This document shows positions 11,727 to 24,462 of a stretch of 64,000 nucleotides of DNA, one piece after another (the stretch's first letter is position 1; each line of letters starts with the position of its first letter). Made by a program: the position numbers and the translations under genes. The notes below the pieces were generated by a model, which made no database searches, was not told where the DNA came from, and saw only the letters and a list, made by a program, of their open reading frames with translations. The DNA lies in assembly GCA_951406725.2 (NCBI GenBank), contig OX597834.1, positions 32,736,001 through 32,800,000 on the forward strand, written 5' to 3'. This stretch comes from Octopus vulgaris (Eukaryota).

Positions 11727-12101
11727 ATCTTTTATCTTTTACCTCTTGCGGTCATTGCAGGGGCATCGCCTCGAAGGAATTAGTTGAACAAATCGACTCC
11801 AGTACTTGTTAATTTTTAAGCCTAGTACTTACTCTTTCGGTCTCTTTTCGCCCAACCGCTAATTTAGGGGACGTAACCAAACTGACACAGTGTCCTGCAG
11901 TGATGGGGAACAAATACAAACTTACACATATATATATATGCGACAGGCTTCTTTCAGTTTCCGTCTACCATATCCAGTCACGAGGCTTTGGTCGACTCTA
12001 GGCTATACTAGAAGACACCTGCCCAAGGTGCCAAGCAGTGGGACTGAACCCGAAACCATGTGGTTGTAAAGCAAAGCTTCTTAACCACGCAGCTAGGCAT
12101 G
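11727..12101 (-). mobile_element. SINE family A, diverged full length
   Basis: Collinear with family A on the minus strand. Confidence 0.8.
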
Positions 12102-12280
12102 GCTACTGTGTGGTTAAGAAGTTCGCTTCGTGACTATGCGGCTTCCAGTTCAGTCACCACTGCGCGGCACCTTGGGCAAGTGTCTTCTACTATAGTCCTG
12201 GTTCCGATTAACGCCTTATGAGTGAATGTGGTAGGTGGAAATTGTGTGGAAGCCCATCGAAAAATGTCTTTGTGTGTGCC
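12095..12280 (+). mobile_element. SINE family A, 5' half
   Basis: Head plus CACCTTGGGCAAGTGTCTTCTACTATAG; abuts the previous copy head-to-head. Confidence 0.75.
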
Positions 12281-12454
12281 CACATATCCACACTACCTAC
12301 AGCATGTGCTTACCTTCCACCAATACTAATGCATACCAATGCATCTCTAATACACAGCCGGTCTACACTGTCACATCACACAACTTGTTTGTACTTGTAT
12401 TACCTCTTAACATATGTCCATATGGCACACATTGCCCACACTACAATTACTACA

Positions 12455-12745
12455 ATTCTTCACTCCTGCTCCAGAGCGTCGGCTGCGGGGTCATTCCGAA
12501 AAGCTCTACCTGCGACGATTCCATCTCAATCGAAGGAGAGGAGCTTTCTCCGTCCGGGTTGCGGATCCGTGGAACAAGCTGCCAGACGAGATGGTGAAGA
12601 TGCCGACGACCGCTTTGTTCAAAGCCTCCCTTGACCTCAAGTGGCCTGAACTCTTTACATGAACACCACCCTGTACTTAACTCCATGTCTCCCTACATGG
12701 CCTTGCTATTTGCTTTTAAGCCAAATTAATTAACTAACTAACTAA
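12455..12745 (+). pseudogene. CR1-type LINE 3' fragment with (TAAC)n tail
   Basis: FFTPAPERRLRGHSEKLYLRRFHLNRRRGAFSVRVADPWNKLPDEMV..FKASLD fits the CR1 C-terminal RGH.KL...FS.RV...WN.LP motif; flanked by a 108-bp direct repeat. Confidence 0.85.
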
Positions 12746-13260
12746 CTAATACACAGCCTGTCTACACTGTCACATCACACAACTTGTTTGTACTTGTATT
12801 ACCTCTTAACATATGTCCATATGGCACACATTGCCCACACTACAATTACTACAGAGCATATCCACATTATCTCACTCCACAGAAACATCGCTACAATGTT
12901 ACACCACACGAGTGTGACAATGTCACACGGCAAAATCAATGTCTGCAAAGATGAGCGGAAACGTAAGGTATCGCATTTACAGTTCAGAGCTGTAGGTCAA
13001 CGGAACACGCACGATCAGATCAAGACCTCGCCGTCATAGTTTTGTAGGAGCAGAGCTAAGGTTACGCAACGTCACACAGAAACTCACACACACATATGCA
13101 AGTGTTGTGTGTATATATATATATGTATATATGCATGCATGTATGTATAATATGCATACATTACGGGGTGTGTTATCATTCGCGAGCGAGTTCGGCTGCG
13201 TAACACGTACGTTTTCGTTGTTTTGGATACCTATATGTGTGTTGTTTTTAAGGTATCTAT

Positions 13261-13303
<43 letters not shown>

Positions 13304-13682
13304 CAAACTTTGAAGCGCGAGTGAGTTGGTATTTTAGAGAAAATAAAGGAAGACTCGAACGCAGAGTAGCTGTAAAAACGGCTTAGAGAATCGGACGGAC
13401 ACACACATATTAATGACAATCAAGAGAAGGGAGATTTTCCACATCTAGAATTTTATTAAACAGCTATTTACAGCATTCTTTTGTGGACCTACACCCGTTT
13501 CAGCTGCAACGACTGCACACTGTTAGATGTGCATTCTGGTGTTAACGTTGATAGAGTATCATCAGTGACACTTCTTACTGGCATTCAAAGTTAAGCTGAA
13601 GAAATCAGGAAGGCTGAATGAAGAAATTGATTTTTGGAGGTGGTGGTGGTGGTTGGTGTTCCTATAAATAATTGTGTATGTG

Positions 13683-13995
<313 letters not shown>

Positions 13996-14124
13996 AATAA
14001 AATATATGCATATATATAAACATATATGTACGTACCTACCTCTACATGTACATATACACGCATATATATATATATCTTTCCCTTCAGGTCTTTCAAAATG
14101 TGACCTCGTGTTTACCGTTGGCGA

Positions 14125-14298
14125 AATTTTTTTCCTCTGTCTTCCTTTCTCTGGATTCTTCCTTCTCCTATGTTTCCGACGAAGAGCTCCGCTCGAAACG
14201 TTAAACCCTCCTTCTTTCCTGAGCGTCCAATAATACTATATTTGTTCCACGTCCTCGCGTTGTTGTGTTTTTTTGTGCTTTCTTGTTTGGATTAACTT
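14125..14298 (+). mobile_element. Non-autonomous Penelope-like terminal fragment, family H1
   Basis: High identity to 60592-60770; contains a hammerhead fold; in TA-rich context. Confidence 0.6.
14172..14206 (+). ncRNA. Minimal type I hammerhead ribozyme motif (H1)
   Basis: GTTT-CCGACGA-A-GAGC(TCC)GCTC-GAAA-CG-TT-AAAC: helix I GTTT/AAAC, helix II GAGC/GCTC, palindromic AACGTT at helix III. Confidence 0.6.
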
Positions 14299-14685
14299 TA
14301 TACATATATATATAGTCGCGAGCAGGCATCCCATCTGTCTTAGAATCTTTTGATACAGCGGCACACCTAGCATATGACAGCTGAAAAGGGGTGGACTGTT
14401 CCTGCACCCGGCTATTGCTGAGCAAATTGAAACATGAAATAAAGAACCTTCAAAAACACAACCGTGACACCCGATTCAAGAACTGAACCATCGAACTTTA
14501 TGCTCGTGAGTCGAACACCTTGTTTATGTGTAGATTATGCATTTACACACCTGTCCCTTCATCTCTTCTTAACTGCCCCATAAGGGAAGTATTCCTTACC
14601 TGGTGTGTAACCCTTCACCCGTTTTTCTTTCGCTGTCGACTTCTCTTTCACACATCCCTCTACGCTGTTTTTTTTTTTTTTTCGT

Positions 14686-14722
14686 TTTTCTGATGAAGGA
14701 CTATCATATGAAACGTTAAGGC
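14686..14722 (+). ncRNA. Degenerate hammerhead motif (H1-related)
   Basis: TTTT-CTGATGA-AGGACTATCATAT-GAAA-CGTT-AAGG; canonical core but helix II is broken; downstream TTTGTTCCGCGT resembles H1. Confidence 0.4.
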
Positions 14723-15199
14723 ACTTTCTATTAAAGCATCAAACTAATGCTTTATTTGTGAAACTTTGTTCCGCGTTCTCCAGTTTAGTGTCCGCTATAT
14801 TTATAACAACAACAACAACACATTCAATATGATTAAAAGTGGAAGAAAAGTAGCACTCAATACATGGCGTAAGGTTTATATCTCTTGGGAATATGTTGAT
14901 GACTAACTCCATTATTGTATTTTGCCACATATAAGGTATTCGTGAAAACGCTCAGACAATTCGTGGTAAATGAAGCTGTATTCACAGCCATGGTGAGTCA
15001 CATGACCGGATATAGGTTGCAGGATGAAATGTATTGCTGAAAGGATAACATACGGTGCAAAGGGGAGTAATCAATCAAGACCTGCGTCCACCAAGAAGCA
15101 ACACAGTGACGCTCGTTAGATCTGGTAGATAGGGATCTCGGTCGAAATACTTTACGAGGAACTTCACCACTCGATGAATACTTCTGGCTGTTGTAATAT

Positions 15200-15585
15200 C
15201 TAAAACTCTTTTTCTCTAGAAAAACGACGACGCCGTGGTGATCTCATTCTCGCTCACAACATCATAAGCGGAAAGTGCAACCTCTCGAAAGAGCTGTTCT
15301 TCACTCCTGCTCCAGAGCGTCGGCTGCGGGGTCACTCCGAAAAGCTCTATCTGCGACGATTTCATCTCAATCGAAGGAGAGGGGGCTTTCTCCGTCCGTC
15401 CGGGTTGCGGATCTGTGGAATACGCTGCCGGACGAGATAGTGAAGATGCCGACGACCACTCGGTTCAAGGTCTCTCTTGACCAGAAATGGCCTGAACTCT
15501 TTGCATGAACACCACCCTGTACATAACTCCATGTCCTCCTACATGGCCTTGCTTTTTGCGCCAAGTTAACTTAACTTAACTTAAC
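15200..15585 (+). pseudogene. CR1-type LINE 3' fragment with (TTAAC)n tail
   Basis: LFSLEKRRRRGDLILAHNIISG...RLRGHSEKL; same family as 12455-12745, frameshifted. Confidence 0.85.
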
Positions 15586-16475
15586 TCTTCCGTGAGACGA
15601 AACCTGCTTTCATGATCCGTTGAAGTATGGTGTTGCTACATTGACACTGCTCCGCGTTATTGGAGAGCATTAAGAACCTTGATCTTTAAGTTTTCGGATA
15701 AACTAAGGCGGGGATTTCGAGAGCGTTGAGAACCATAGTCCTTAAGTTTCCAGATGAATTGGGACAGGACTGTGGAGTTTACCAGAGAAATACGCATAAC
15801 AGGGATATAAAATCTTACCTGCTTCCTGACCTAATTACACACTCGCGCGCGCACACGCAAAGATTACTCAAACACAGGACATAAGGTGTATGACTGAAAA
15901 TATAATTACATACACGCACGCACACGCATGTGCTGATACAAGCGGATGAGGTTTATTATACACACACACACACATATACACACACATATATATTATTGAA
16001 AGGATAGGTAAAGATAATTGCTATAACTATGGAGAGAAGAGTGGAGAAAGGAGGGGAGTGCAATATTCTGTTTCAATTGGTGGGGGGCGACGTGGTAGAG
16101 TGGTTACAGACTGTTTGATTATATATGTGTGCGCGCATTTGTGTGTGTGTGGAGCGGGAGAACGAGACCTCCCATTGATAGCTAAAAGAGGGAAATAATT
16201 GCACTTAATTGCCATCCTCCGGTAAACTGACGTCGCATGTTGTCACTAACTGTAGTGGTTATTAGACTGTGATATACACATCTTATACACATATACACCA
16301 CAACATTTTATATACATACATATATATATATAATCAACATACACTGTTTCTTTCTCTCTCTCTCTCTTTCCACCTGAGCAGGTGTCTTCTAGCATAATCT
16401 CAAAGTCTTGACAGTGAAATATCATTAGACGGAAACTCTGTGGAAAACCGTCGGTTCGCTGGAATACTCTGCCAT

Positions 16476-16875
16476 ACTCTTTACTCTTTTACTTGTTTCA
16501 GTCATTTGACTGCGGCCATGCTGGAGCACCGCCTTTAGTCGAGCAAATCGACCCCGGGACTTATTCTTTGTAAGCCTAGTACTTATTCTATCGGTCTCTT
16601 TTGCCGAACCGCTAAGTGACGGGAACGTAAACACACACCAGCATCGGTTGTCAAGCAATGCTAGGGGGACAAACACATACATATATATATATATATATAC
16701 ATATATATATACGACAGGCTTCTTTCAGTCTCCGTCTACCAAATCCACTCACAAGGCATTGGTCGGCCCGGGGCTATAGCAGAAGACACTTGCCCAAGAT
16801 GCCACGCAGTGGGATTGAACCCAGAACCATGTGTTTGGTTAGCAAGCTACTTACCACACAGCCACTCCTGCGCCT
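16476..16875 (-). mobile_element. SINE family A, full length
   Basis: Near-identical reverse complement of family A. Confidence 0.9.
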
Positions 16876-17134
16876 ATGTTGTACTTAACACAAAATCAAG
16901 ACGTACTCCTGAAATTCAAAGGAACAGTCACAAAGGTCACATGTTGGCATGACAACACGAGGGGAAAGGTGAGGCGCAATCGATTATATAACGACTGCAG
17001 CACAAATTTGTAGAATCGTATTTTACAGAAAAGATAAAACTGACTTCGGTAAGATTCGAACTCAAACAGAATAAAATGGCCCATTACTTTTATTTCAAAT
17101 GAACTAAGTGAGCCTCTGGAGAAACAGACCTTTT

Positions 17135-17345
17135 ATTTGTTTTAGCCATTAGACTGCGGCCATACTGGGGCACCGTCTTGAAAAGTTTTGGCCGAATAAA
17201 TCACCCTCAGTTCTTATGGTTTTTGTTTTCTTTTTGTTAAGTCTGGTACTTATTCTATTGGTTACTTCTGCCGAACTGCTAAGTTACAGGGGCGTCAACA
17301 AAACCAATACCAGTTGTCAACCGGTGGTAGCGAGTGACAAACACT
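17135..17345 (-). mobile_element. SINE family A, 3' half, diverged
   Basis: GACTGCGGCCATACTGGGGCACCG...GCCGAACTGCTAAGTTAC. Confidence 0.7.
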
Positions 17346-17969
17346 GAACATAGGTGTGTGTGTGTGTGTTTTATATATAACCGAAGTGTATAGTATTATA
17401 TGTCCATTCAGGCCGATCTTATCAATCGGTTTCTTACTTGGGGTTCAACGGGATATTAGGTAACGGCCCGATTATGTAACCCTGCGCTCTTCAGAGATGG
17501 CAGTTACGGAAGAAAATATGGTGACTGCATGTACAAACAGGCTTCCACACCGTTTCAGTCTACCAACTTCACTACTGACAAGAGCGATTCTTAACTATTC
17601 TGTCTTAACTGCACTTGAAAAAGAGTTATTCTCATAGCCTTAAAAATACTTCTTAATTCCGAAAATAAATTGTGGGAGTAAAAAGGTCAGGCCAGGTCAA
17701 ATCAGGTCAGGTCGGGTCGGGCCAGGTTTCTTATTTAGGTCATATAATTGATTATATAAAGACTGAATAAACACGCCTCAGGTTGAACTATGTGGACAGT
17801 GGTGGTGGTGGAGTGGAGAGAGGAGAAAAGAGAGAATTTAGAAAGGGAGAGCAGGGGAGGGAGATGATGTACAGTAGAGAAAGATTACAAGGGTGAAAAT
17901 GTATGTGTGTGTGTGTGAGGGAGAGAGTGACAGCAAAAAGACGGATTTAGAAAAGGTAATACTGGTGGA

Positions 17970-18017
17970 TGGGTGGGTGGGTAGATAGGTAGGTAGGTAG
18001 GTAGGTAGGTAGGTAGG

Positions 18018-18073
<56 letters not shown>

Positions 18074-18725
18074 GGGAGAGAGAAAGAGATAGATAGATAG
18101 GTAGATAGATAGATAGATAGATAGATAGAGAGAGAGATATGTAGGTAGAGAGAGAGATAGCGGGTGGGAGAGAGAGGTAAATAGATAGGTAGATAGATGG
18201 GAGGTGAAAGGAAATACTAAAGAACAAAGAGAGGGGAAGACGAGTTAGAAGAGAGAAGAAAAGCGTGTGAGAAGTAGAAAGAGAAAAGAGACAAGAAAGA
18301 GAAGGAAGAGAGAATAGTAAATAGAGGCAGTGGGGGAAGGAGACGAGAAGAGAGATAGAAAAGAGGGGAGAGAGAAGAGAGAGAGAGAGAGAGAGAATGG
18401 TAAGCACTACAGGCAACAGAGGGAGGGAGATAGAGTAAAAGTGAAAGAATGAGAAAATAGAGGACTTAGGGAGGGAGAGGAGGAAAGACAGAGAGAGGGA
18501 AGTAAATGAGAGATACAAGGAACTGAAAGAGGGAGAGGATAGCGAGAACGAAGACAGAGAGAGGAAGGGAAGAGTGAGGGAAGGGGGAGAGTGAGGGAAG
18601 GGAAAAATATAGAGAAAACAGAGCGAGGGAGGGAGAAAATTGAGAGGAGAAAAAGAGGACAAAAGAGAGAGAGAGAGGGGGGGAAGAGATAAAGAGAAAG
18701 AAGAGGCGAAGATGAAGAAAGACAT
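17970..18725. repeat. (GGTA)n/(GATA)n microsatellites and polypurine tract
   Basis: Direct reading; source of the spurious 295-aa ORF. Confidence 0.9.
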
Positions 18726-18927
18726 TTAAATCGAGAAGAAAATGGTTGAAAATATATTGCAAAAAAAAAAAATTAAAAAAAAGATTTAGCTTTCTTTGTT
18801 TTTGTTTTCAACCTTCAAATATCTGAAAACAATACTCATGGTTGGATAAATCGATGTGAGATAACAGCAATTAATAATAATAACAATAATTAATTCTTTT
18901 ATAATAATAATAATAATAATAATAATA

Positions 18928-19078
18928 GGCGCAGAAGTGGCTGTGTGGTAAGTAGCTTGCTAACCAACCACATGGTTCCGGGATCAAGTCCCACTGCGTA
19001 GCATCTTGGGCAAGTGTCTTCTGCTATAGCCCCGGGCCGACCAATGCCTATGTAGACGGAAACTGAAAGAAGCCTGTC

Positions 19079-19126
<48 letters not shown>

Positions 19127-19334
19127 ATGTGTTTGTGTGTCTCCCTAGCATTGCTGGTGTGTTTACGTCCCCGTAACTTAGCGGTTCGGCAAAAGAGACC
19201 GATAGAATAAGTACTGGGCTTACAAAGAATAAGTCCCGGGGTCGATTTGCTCGACTAAAGTCGGTGCTCCAGCATGGCCGCAGTCAAATGACTGAAACAA
19301 GTAAAAGAGAGAAAGACTGAAACATGTAAAAGAG

Positions 19335-19335
<1 letters not shown>
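18928..19335 (+). mobile_element. SINE family A, full length, within (AAT)n
   Basis: Matches family A. Confidence 0.9.
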
Positions 19336-19386
<51 letters not shown>

Positions 19387-19404
19387 TAATAATGATAAAT
19401 CATT

Positions 19405-20001
19405 TGTATTATAGGCACAAGGGCTGAAATTTTGTGAGAGAGGGGACTAGACGGTGAGATCGATCCAAGTGCTCAACTGGTACTTATATCATCGACCCTG
19501 AAAGGATGAAAGGCAAAGTCTATCTCGGCGTAATAATAATAATATTAATAATATTAAGGTACAAGGCCTGAATTTTGGGGGTCGTTGGTAAGTCGATTAC
19601 ATCGACCTCAATACTTAACTGGTATACATTTTATTGATCCCGAAAGGATGAAAAGCAAAATCAATCTCGGCGGAATTTGAACTCAGAACGTAAAGACGAA
19701 CGAAAATATCGCTAAGCATTTTGCCTGGTCTGCTAACGATTCGGCCTGCTCGCCACCTGAATGATGATAATAATAATAATAATAATGGTTTCAAATTTTG
19801 CCACAAGGGCAACAATTTTGGGGGAGGGGATAAGTCGATTACATCGACCCCCAGTGTTTCACTGGTACTTAATTTATTGACCCAGAAAGGATGAAAGGTA
19901 AAGACAACCTCGGCGGAATTTGAACTCAGATCGTAGCGACGGGCGAAATACCGCTCAGCATTTCGTCCTGCGCGCTAACACTTATGCCAGCTCACCGCCT
20001 T
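19405..20001 (-). mobile_element. Cluster of three SINE family B copies separated by (AAT)n
   Basis: Repeated GAAAGGATGAAAGGCAAAGTC..CTCGGCG at about 19500, 19640 and 19885; alternative 3' tail type. Confidence 0.8.
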
Positions 20002-20171
20002 AATAATGAAAATAATAATAATGATTTATTCTTTTATTAGCCACAAGGGCTCACATACAAAACATTCAATGACAGGTGCAATCTTCAACAGCAACTGGTG
20101 GTTTGCTCTTAAAAGGGCAATTAGAGGAGAATCCATAAGGTTTAGCAAGGCATTAGCGGTAAATAATAATG

Positions 20172-20211
<40 letters not shown>

Positions 20212-20218
20212 TAATAAT

Positions 20219-20533
20219 GAAGAAAGAAAAGTCGATAGATATGACAGGTTAGCTTGGGAGGTTAAGCAGTTGTGGTCGATGAAAAAGGTGGTAGTAGTAT
20301 CAATAATTGTCGAAGCCCTGGGAACAGTGAGTAAAAATCTTGAGAAGTACATGGAACAAATAATGGTTGCAATAAGGGTGGAGCACTTGCAGAAAACAGC
20401 ACTGCTTGGAACCGCTCGAATACTCTTGAATACTCCGGAAGGTGCTCGAAAAATAAGAGGTGTTACCTTAGTTCACTGGTAGTGAACAGCTGACACCGTA
20501 GTACATCTCCAACGTTAGAAGCTGTGTAAAGGC
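20219..20533 (+). pseudogene. R4/Dong-like non-LTR retrotransposon 3' fragment (restriction-like endonuclease C-terminus)
   Basis: EERKVDRYDRLAWEVKQLWSMKKVVVVSIIVEALGTVSKNLEKYM..LQKTALLGTARIL; flanked on both sides by (AAT)n. Confidence 0.8.
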
Positions 20534-20571
<38 letters not shown>

Positions 20572-20761
20572 GTATTATTATTATATAACTGTTTCAAATT
20601 TTGGCAGAAGGCCAACAATTTTATGGGGAGGTGGAGATGAGTCGATTACATCGACCTCAGTACTCAACTGGTACTTATTTCCTCGACCCCGAAAGGTAAA
20701 CTCAAGCTCACGGGAAGAAATGTCGTAAAACATTTTGTCAACAGGCATGAAATGAAACAAT

Positions 20762-21180
20762 AAGGCGGTAAACTGGCAGAACCGTTAGCACGCCGGGCGA
20801 AATACATAGCGGTATTTCGTCTGCCGTTACGTTGTGAGTTCAAATTCCGCCGAGGTCGACTTTACCTTTCATCCTTTCGGGGTCGATAAATTAAGTACCA
20901 GTTACGCACTGGGGTCGATGTAATCGACTTAATACCTATGTCTGTCCTTGTTTGTCCCTTCTATGTTTAGCCCCTTGTGGGTAATAAAGAAATAGGTATT
21001 TCGTCTGCCGCTACGTTGTGAGTTCAAATTACGCCGAGATCGACTTTGCCTTTCATCCTTTCGGGGTCGATAAATTAAGTACCACTTACGCACTGGGGTT
21101 GATGTAATCGACTTAATCCGTTTGTCTGTCCCTGTTTGTCCCCTCTGTGTTTAGCCCCTTGTGGGTAATAAAGAACTAGG
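20762..21180 (+). mobile_element. SINE family B with tandem duplication of its 3' portion
   Basis: GGTATTTCGTCTGCCG...AATAAAGAA occurs at about 20811 and again at about 20995. Confidence 0.85.
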
Positions 21181-22404
21181 TATATTAAGGGCGTTTGAAG
21201 GAAATTGGGGACGGTCGGTATGGACAAGAATTAATTTAGTCTGAAGGAGAAAATAAAGACAGAATGAAAGAAGGAAGGAAAGAAAGGGAAAAAAATGGAA
21301 GCAGGAAGGAAAAAATCAAGACAGAAAAGCGTTGGATAGTCTCGTTTGCCGCCACAGAGACCCTGTAACATTAGCTTTGCGTATCCACTCACCTTCACTT
21401 CTGCACACAGACGGCAGTTGAAATTTATTGAATTTCCTTCTTCAGCGTTGACCCAATAAGGGTCGAAGGTGAACGTGTGGGCTGGGCGAGGAAGGAAGGA
21501 GTGTTGTGAGATGGACTGACTGGCCGACTTTGCTGTTCAGAAACAACAACAAACAGATCGATAATGTGACTGCAATTCAAAACGCATTGCTTTTCGCTAC
21601 ACGTTGCTCATGTTATCGTCGTCATCGTCGTCGTCGTCGTGTAACCCCTCCCCAGCTAATCCTGATTCTCAACACATCTAAGATTCCAGTTACGACCGGT
21701 TTTTTTCTTTCTCTTTTCTTTTTTTTTCCAACCAAGATTGCTTTGGGATCACGCGGTTCAGTCGCCAACGCGCGGGACCTTGGACAAGTGTCTCCTGCTA
21801 AAGCCCACAGCCGACCAAACCCTTGTGAGTGAATTTGGTAGAGGGGAAACTATGTGGAAGCCTGTCATATGTGTGTTTGTACCCACACCATCGCTTGACA
21901 ACCGGTGTTGGTTTGTCTACGTCTCCGTGACTTAGTAACTCGGTATACGAAGTCAGTAGAAAAAGTAGTAGACTACAAAAAAAAAAAAAATTCAAATTTC
22001 GGCACAATTTTTTTTTGGTGGGGGGGAGCGGGTTCTAAGTCGATTACATTGATCCCAGTTCTTAAATGGTACTTATTTTATCGATTTCGAATGAACGAAA
22101 GGCAAAGTCGATCCCGGCATCATTTGAACTTTGAACGTGAAGACAAACGAAATACAGCGAAGCAATATCACATTTGATACACAAGACATATTTCCCGGGC
22201 TTCCATGCATCATATATCATACACATTCCCAGTTTTGCCTGTCCTGTTTATTACATATGATACCGAACGGAACACCACACCGGACTTTGAACTCAAACCG
22301 TAAAGACAGCCTCGTGTCTTCCAATTTAATGTAGAACATGGAAAAACTATACAACAATGCTTTTAAAATTCCAAGACCACGTATTTACAGTCTTCGTGGA
22401 AAAT

Positions 22405-22995
22405 ACCTATTTCTTTACTAACCACAAGGGGCTAAACACAGAGGGGAGATGGATTAAGTCGATTATATCGACCCCAGTGCGTAACTGGTACTTATTTAAT
22501 CGACCCCGAAAAGGTTGAAAGGCAAAGTCGACCTCGGCGGAATTTGAACTCAGAACGTAGGGTTAGGGTTACCTATTTCTTTACTACCCTCAAGGGGCTA
22601 AACACAGAGAGGACCAACAAAGACAGACAAACGGATTAAGTCGATTATATTGACCCCCAGTGCGTAACTGGTACTTATTTAATCGACCCCAAAAGGATGA
22701 AAGGCAAAGTCGACCTCGGCGGAATTTGAACTCAGAACGTAGCGGCAGACGAAATACCTATTTCTATTTCTTTATTACCCACAAGGGGCTAAACATAGAG
22801 GGGACAAACAAGGACAGACACACGGATTAAGTCGATTATATAGACCCCAGTGCGTAACTGGTACTTATTTAATCGACCCCGAAAGGATGAAAGGCAAAGT
22901 CAACCTCGCGGAATTTGAACTCAGAACGTAACGGCAGACGAAATACAGCTACGCATTTCGCCCGGCAGGCTAACGTTTCTGCCAGCTCGCCGCCC
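22405..22995 (-). mobile_element. Three tandem SINE family B units
   Basis: Repeat units at about 22405-22560, 22572-22760 and 22765-22995. Confidence 0.85.
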
Positions 22996-23474
22996 TTCGT
23001 GGAAAATACCATCGACTCCAGGACTTTATCGAGCCCAGGAGGAATGAAAGACAAAGTGAACTTCAGCGGGATTTGAACTCAGAACGTTAAAAAGCCAGTA
23101 CAGTACATTTACTGCAAGTCATTTACTGCTTTAACGTTTCCTGATTCATGCGCAATGCCAATGATATCGAAGTGGGGCAGTTAATCGATGCCACCAATCC
23201 TACAACTCGATTCGTAGCTTATTTCATCGATACCGTATGGATGAAAATCAAAGTTATCTTCGGCAGGATTTGAACCCAGAACATAAAAGTTGGAACAAAT
23301 GCTATGAGGCATATTTTTCTTTCTCTTCGGCGCTTTAACAACTCTGCCAGCTGACCGCTTTCTTTCGCATTTTACATTGATTGGTATTCACTCGGCTTAT
23401 GATCAATATTCAACCGATATCCGGGCGGACATGTCGAATAGGCACAACACACCGCTTTTTTTTATTATTATTAT

Positions 23475-23831
23475 TTCTTTTTACTTGTTTTTGTCACTGG
23501 ACTGCGGCCGTGCTGGAGCACCGCCTTGAAGGATTTAACCAAACAAATCGACACCAGAAGTTATTTTTTTTAAGCTTGGTATTTATTGTCATTCTCATTT
23601 GGTGAACCGCTACGTTACGGGGACGCAAACAAACCAACACTGGTTGTCGAGCGGTTAAGGACACACACACACACACCCATACGACGGTCTTCTTTTAGCT
23701 TCTATCAATCAAATCCACACACAAGGCCTTGGTTGGCCCGAGGCTATACTTACCCAAGATGCCGCGTACTGGGACCGAACCAAAGACCACATGATTGTGA
23801 AGCAAGCGTCTCAGCTAAAACAGTCGCGCCT
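23475..23831 (-). mobile_element. SINE family A, diverged
   Basis: Collinear with family A. Confidence 0.75.
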
Positions 23832-24462
23832 ATATGTGTGTGTGTGTGTGTGTGATGTGGTATGTGTTTATGTATGTGTGTGGTGTGTATATGCGTGTGC
23901 ATACAAACATTTCTTTGGATATTTATGACTTCAAATAACGGAAATTATGACTTTTGCCAAAAACGCCCGCAAAAAGACAAATCTACACATTTTTAATTCC
24001 CACCCACTTCAACTTTCTTGTTTTTAACTTTCTAATTTAATTAAATTAATTAATTTTTTTGAGGGGTGGAGCGCAGGAATTCCACATTTAAAAGTACGGA
24101 TATCACAGTTTTTAATGGTTTTTTTTTGTTTCGTTTTCAAAATTTTAATGCCGACAGCTTCTCTTTCACTTTTGTGATCACAGACCGAAAGAACGCCCAA
24201 AGTAATTAACTCCAAGACTATTTTCTAGCCTTGACTTTTTGGTGGTACATCCAGTGGGTTAGCTGAATGCATCCTTCGAACGGAGGAGTGGAAAAGACAT
24301 AAAGGGTTGTGGAGAACGCGACATAAGTAGTGTGTTGGAGTAGTGAATCTGGTTTGATCGAGGAACGAAACTTCGTTGCGGTCCTAACTAGACGAGCGAT
24401 GATCATTGACTCCACGAGGCCGTCTACACATACGCACACACACACACACGTGTGTGTGTGTA

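Noticed and set aside
17400-17500. Minus-strand CTGAAGA...GAAA-CCGAT/ATCGG hammerhead-like arrangement
   Set aside because: No UH cleavage site after the stem and no convincing helix I or II
17684-17728. (AGGTC)n run as clustered nuclear-receptor half-sites
   Set aside because: More simply a degenerate pentanucleotide repeat
17838-18725. 295-aa minus-strand ORF
   Set aside because: Translation of (GATA)n and a polypurine tract; low complexity
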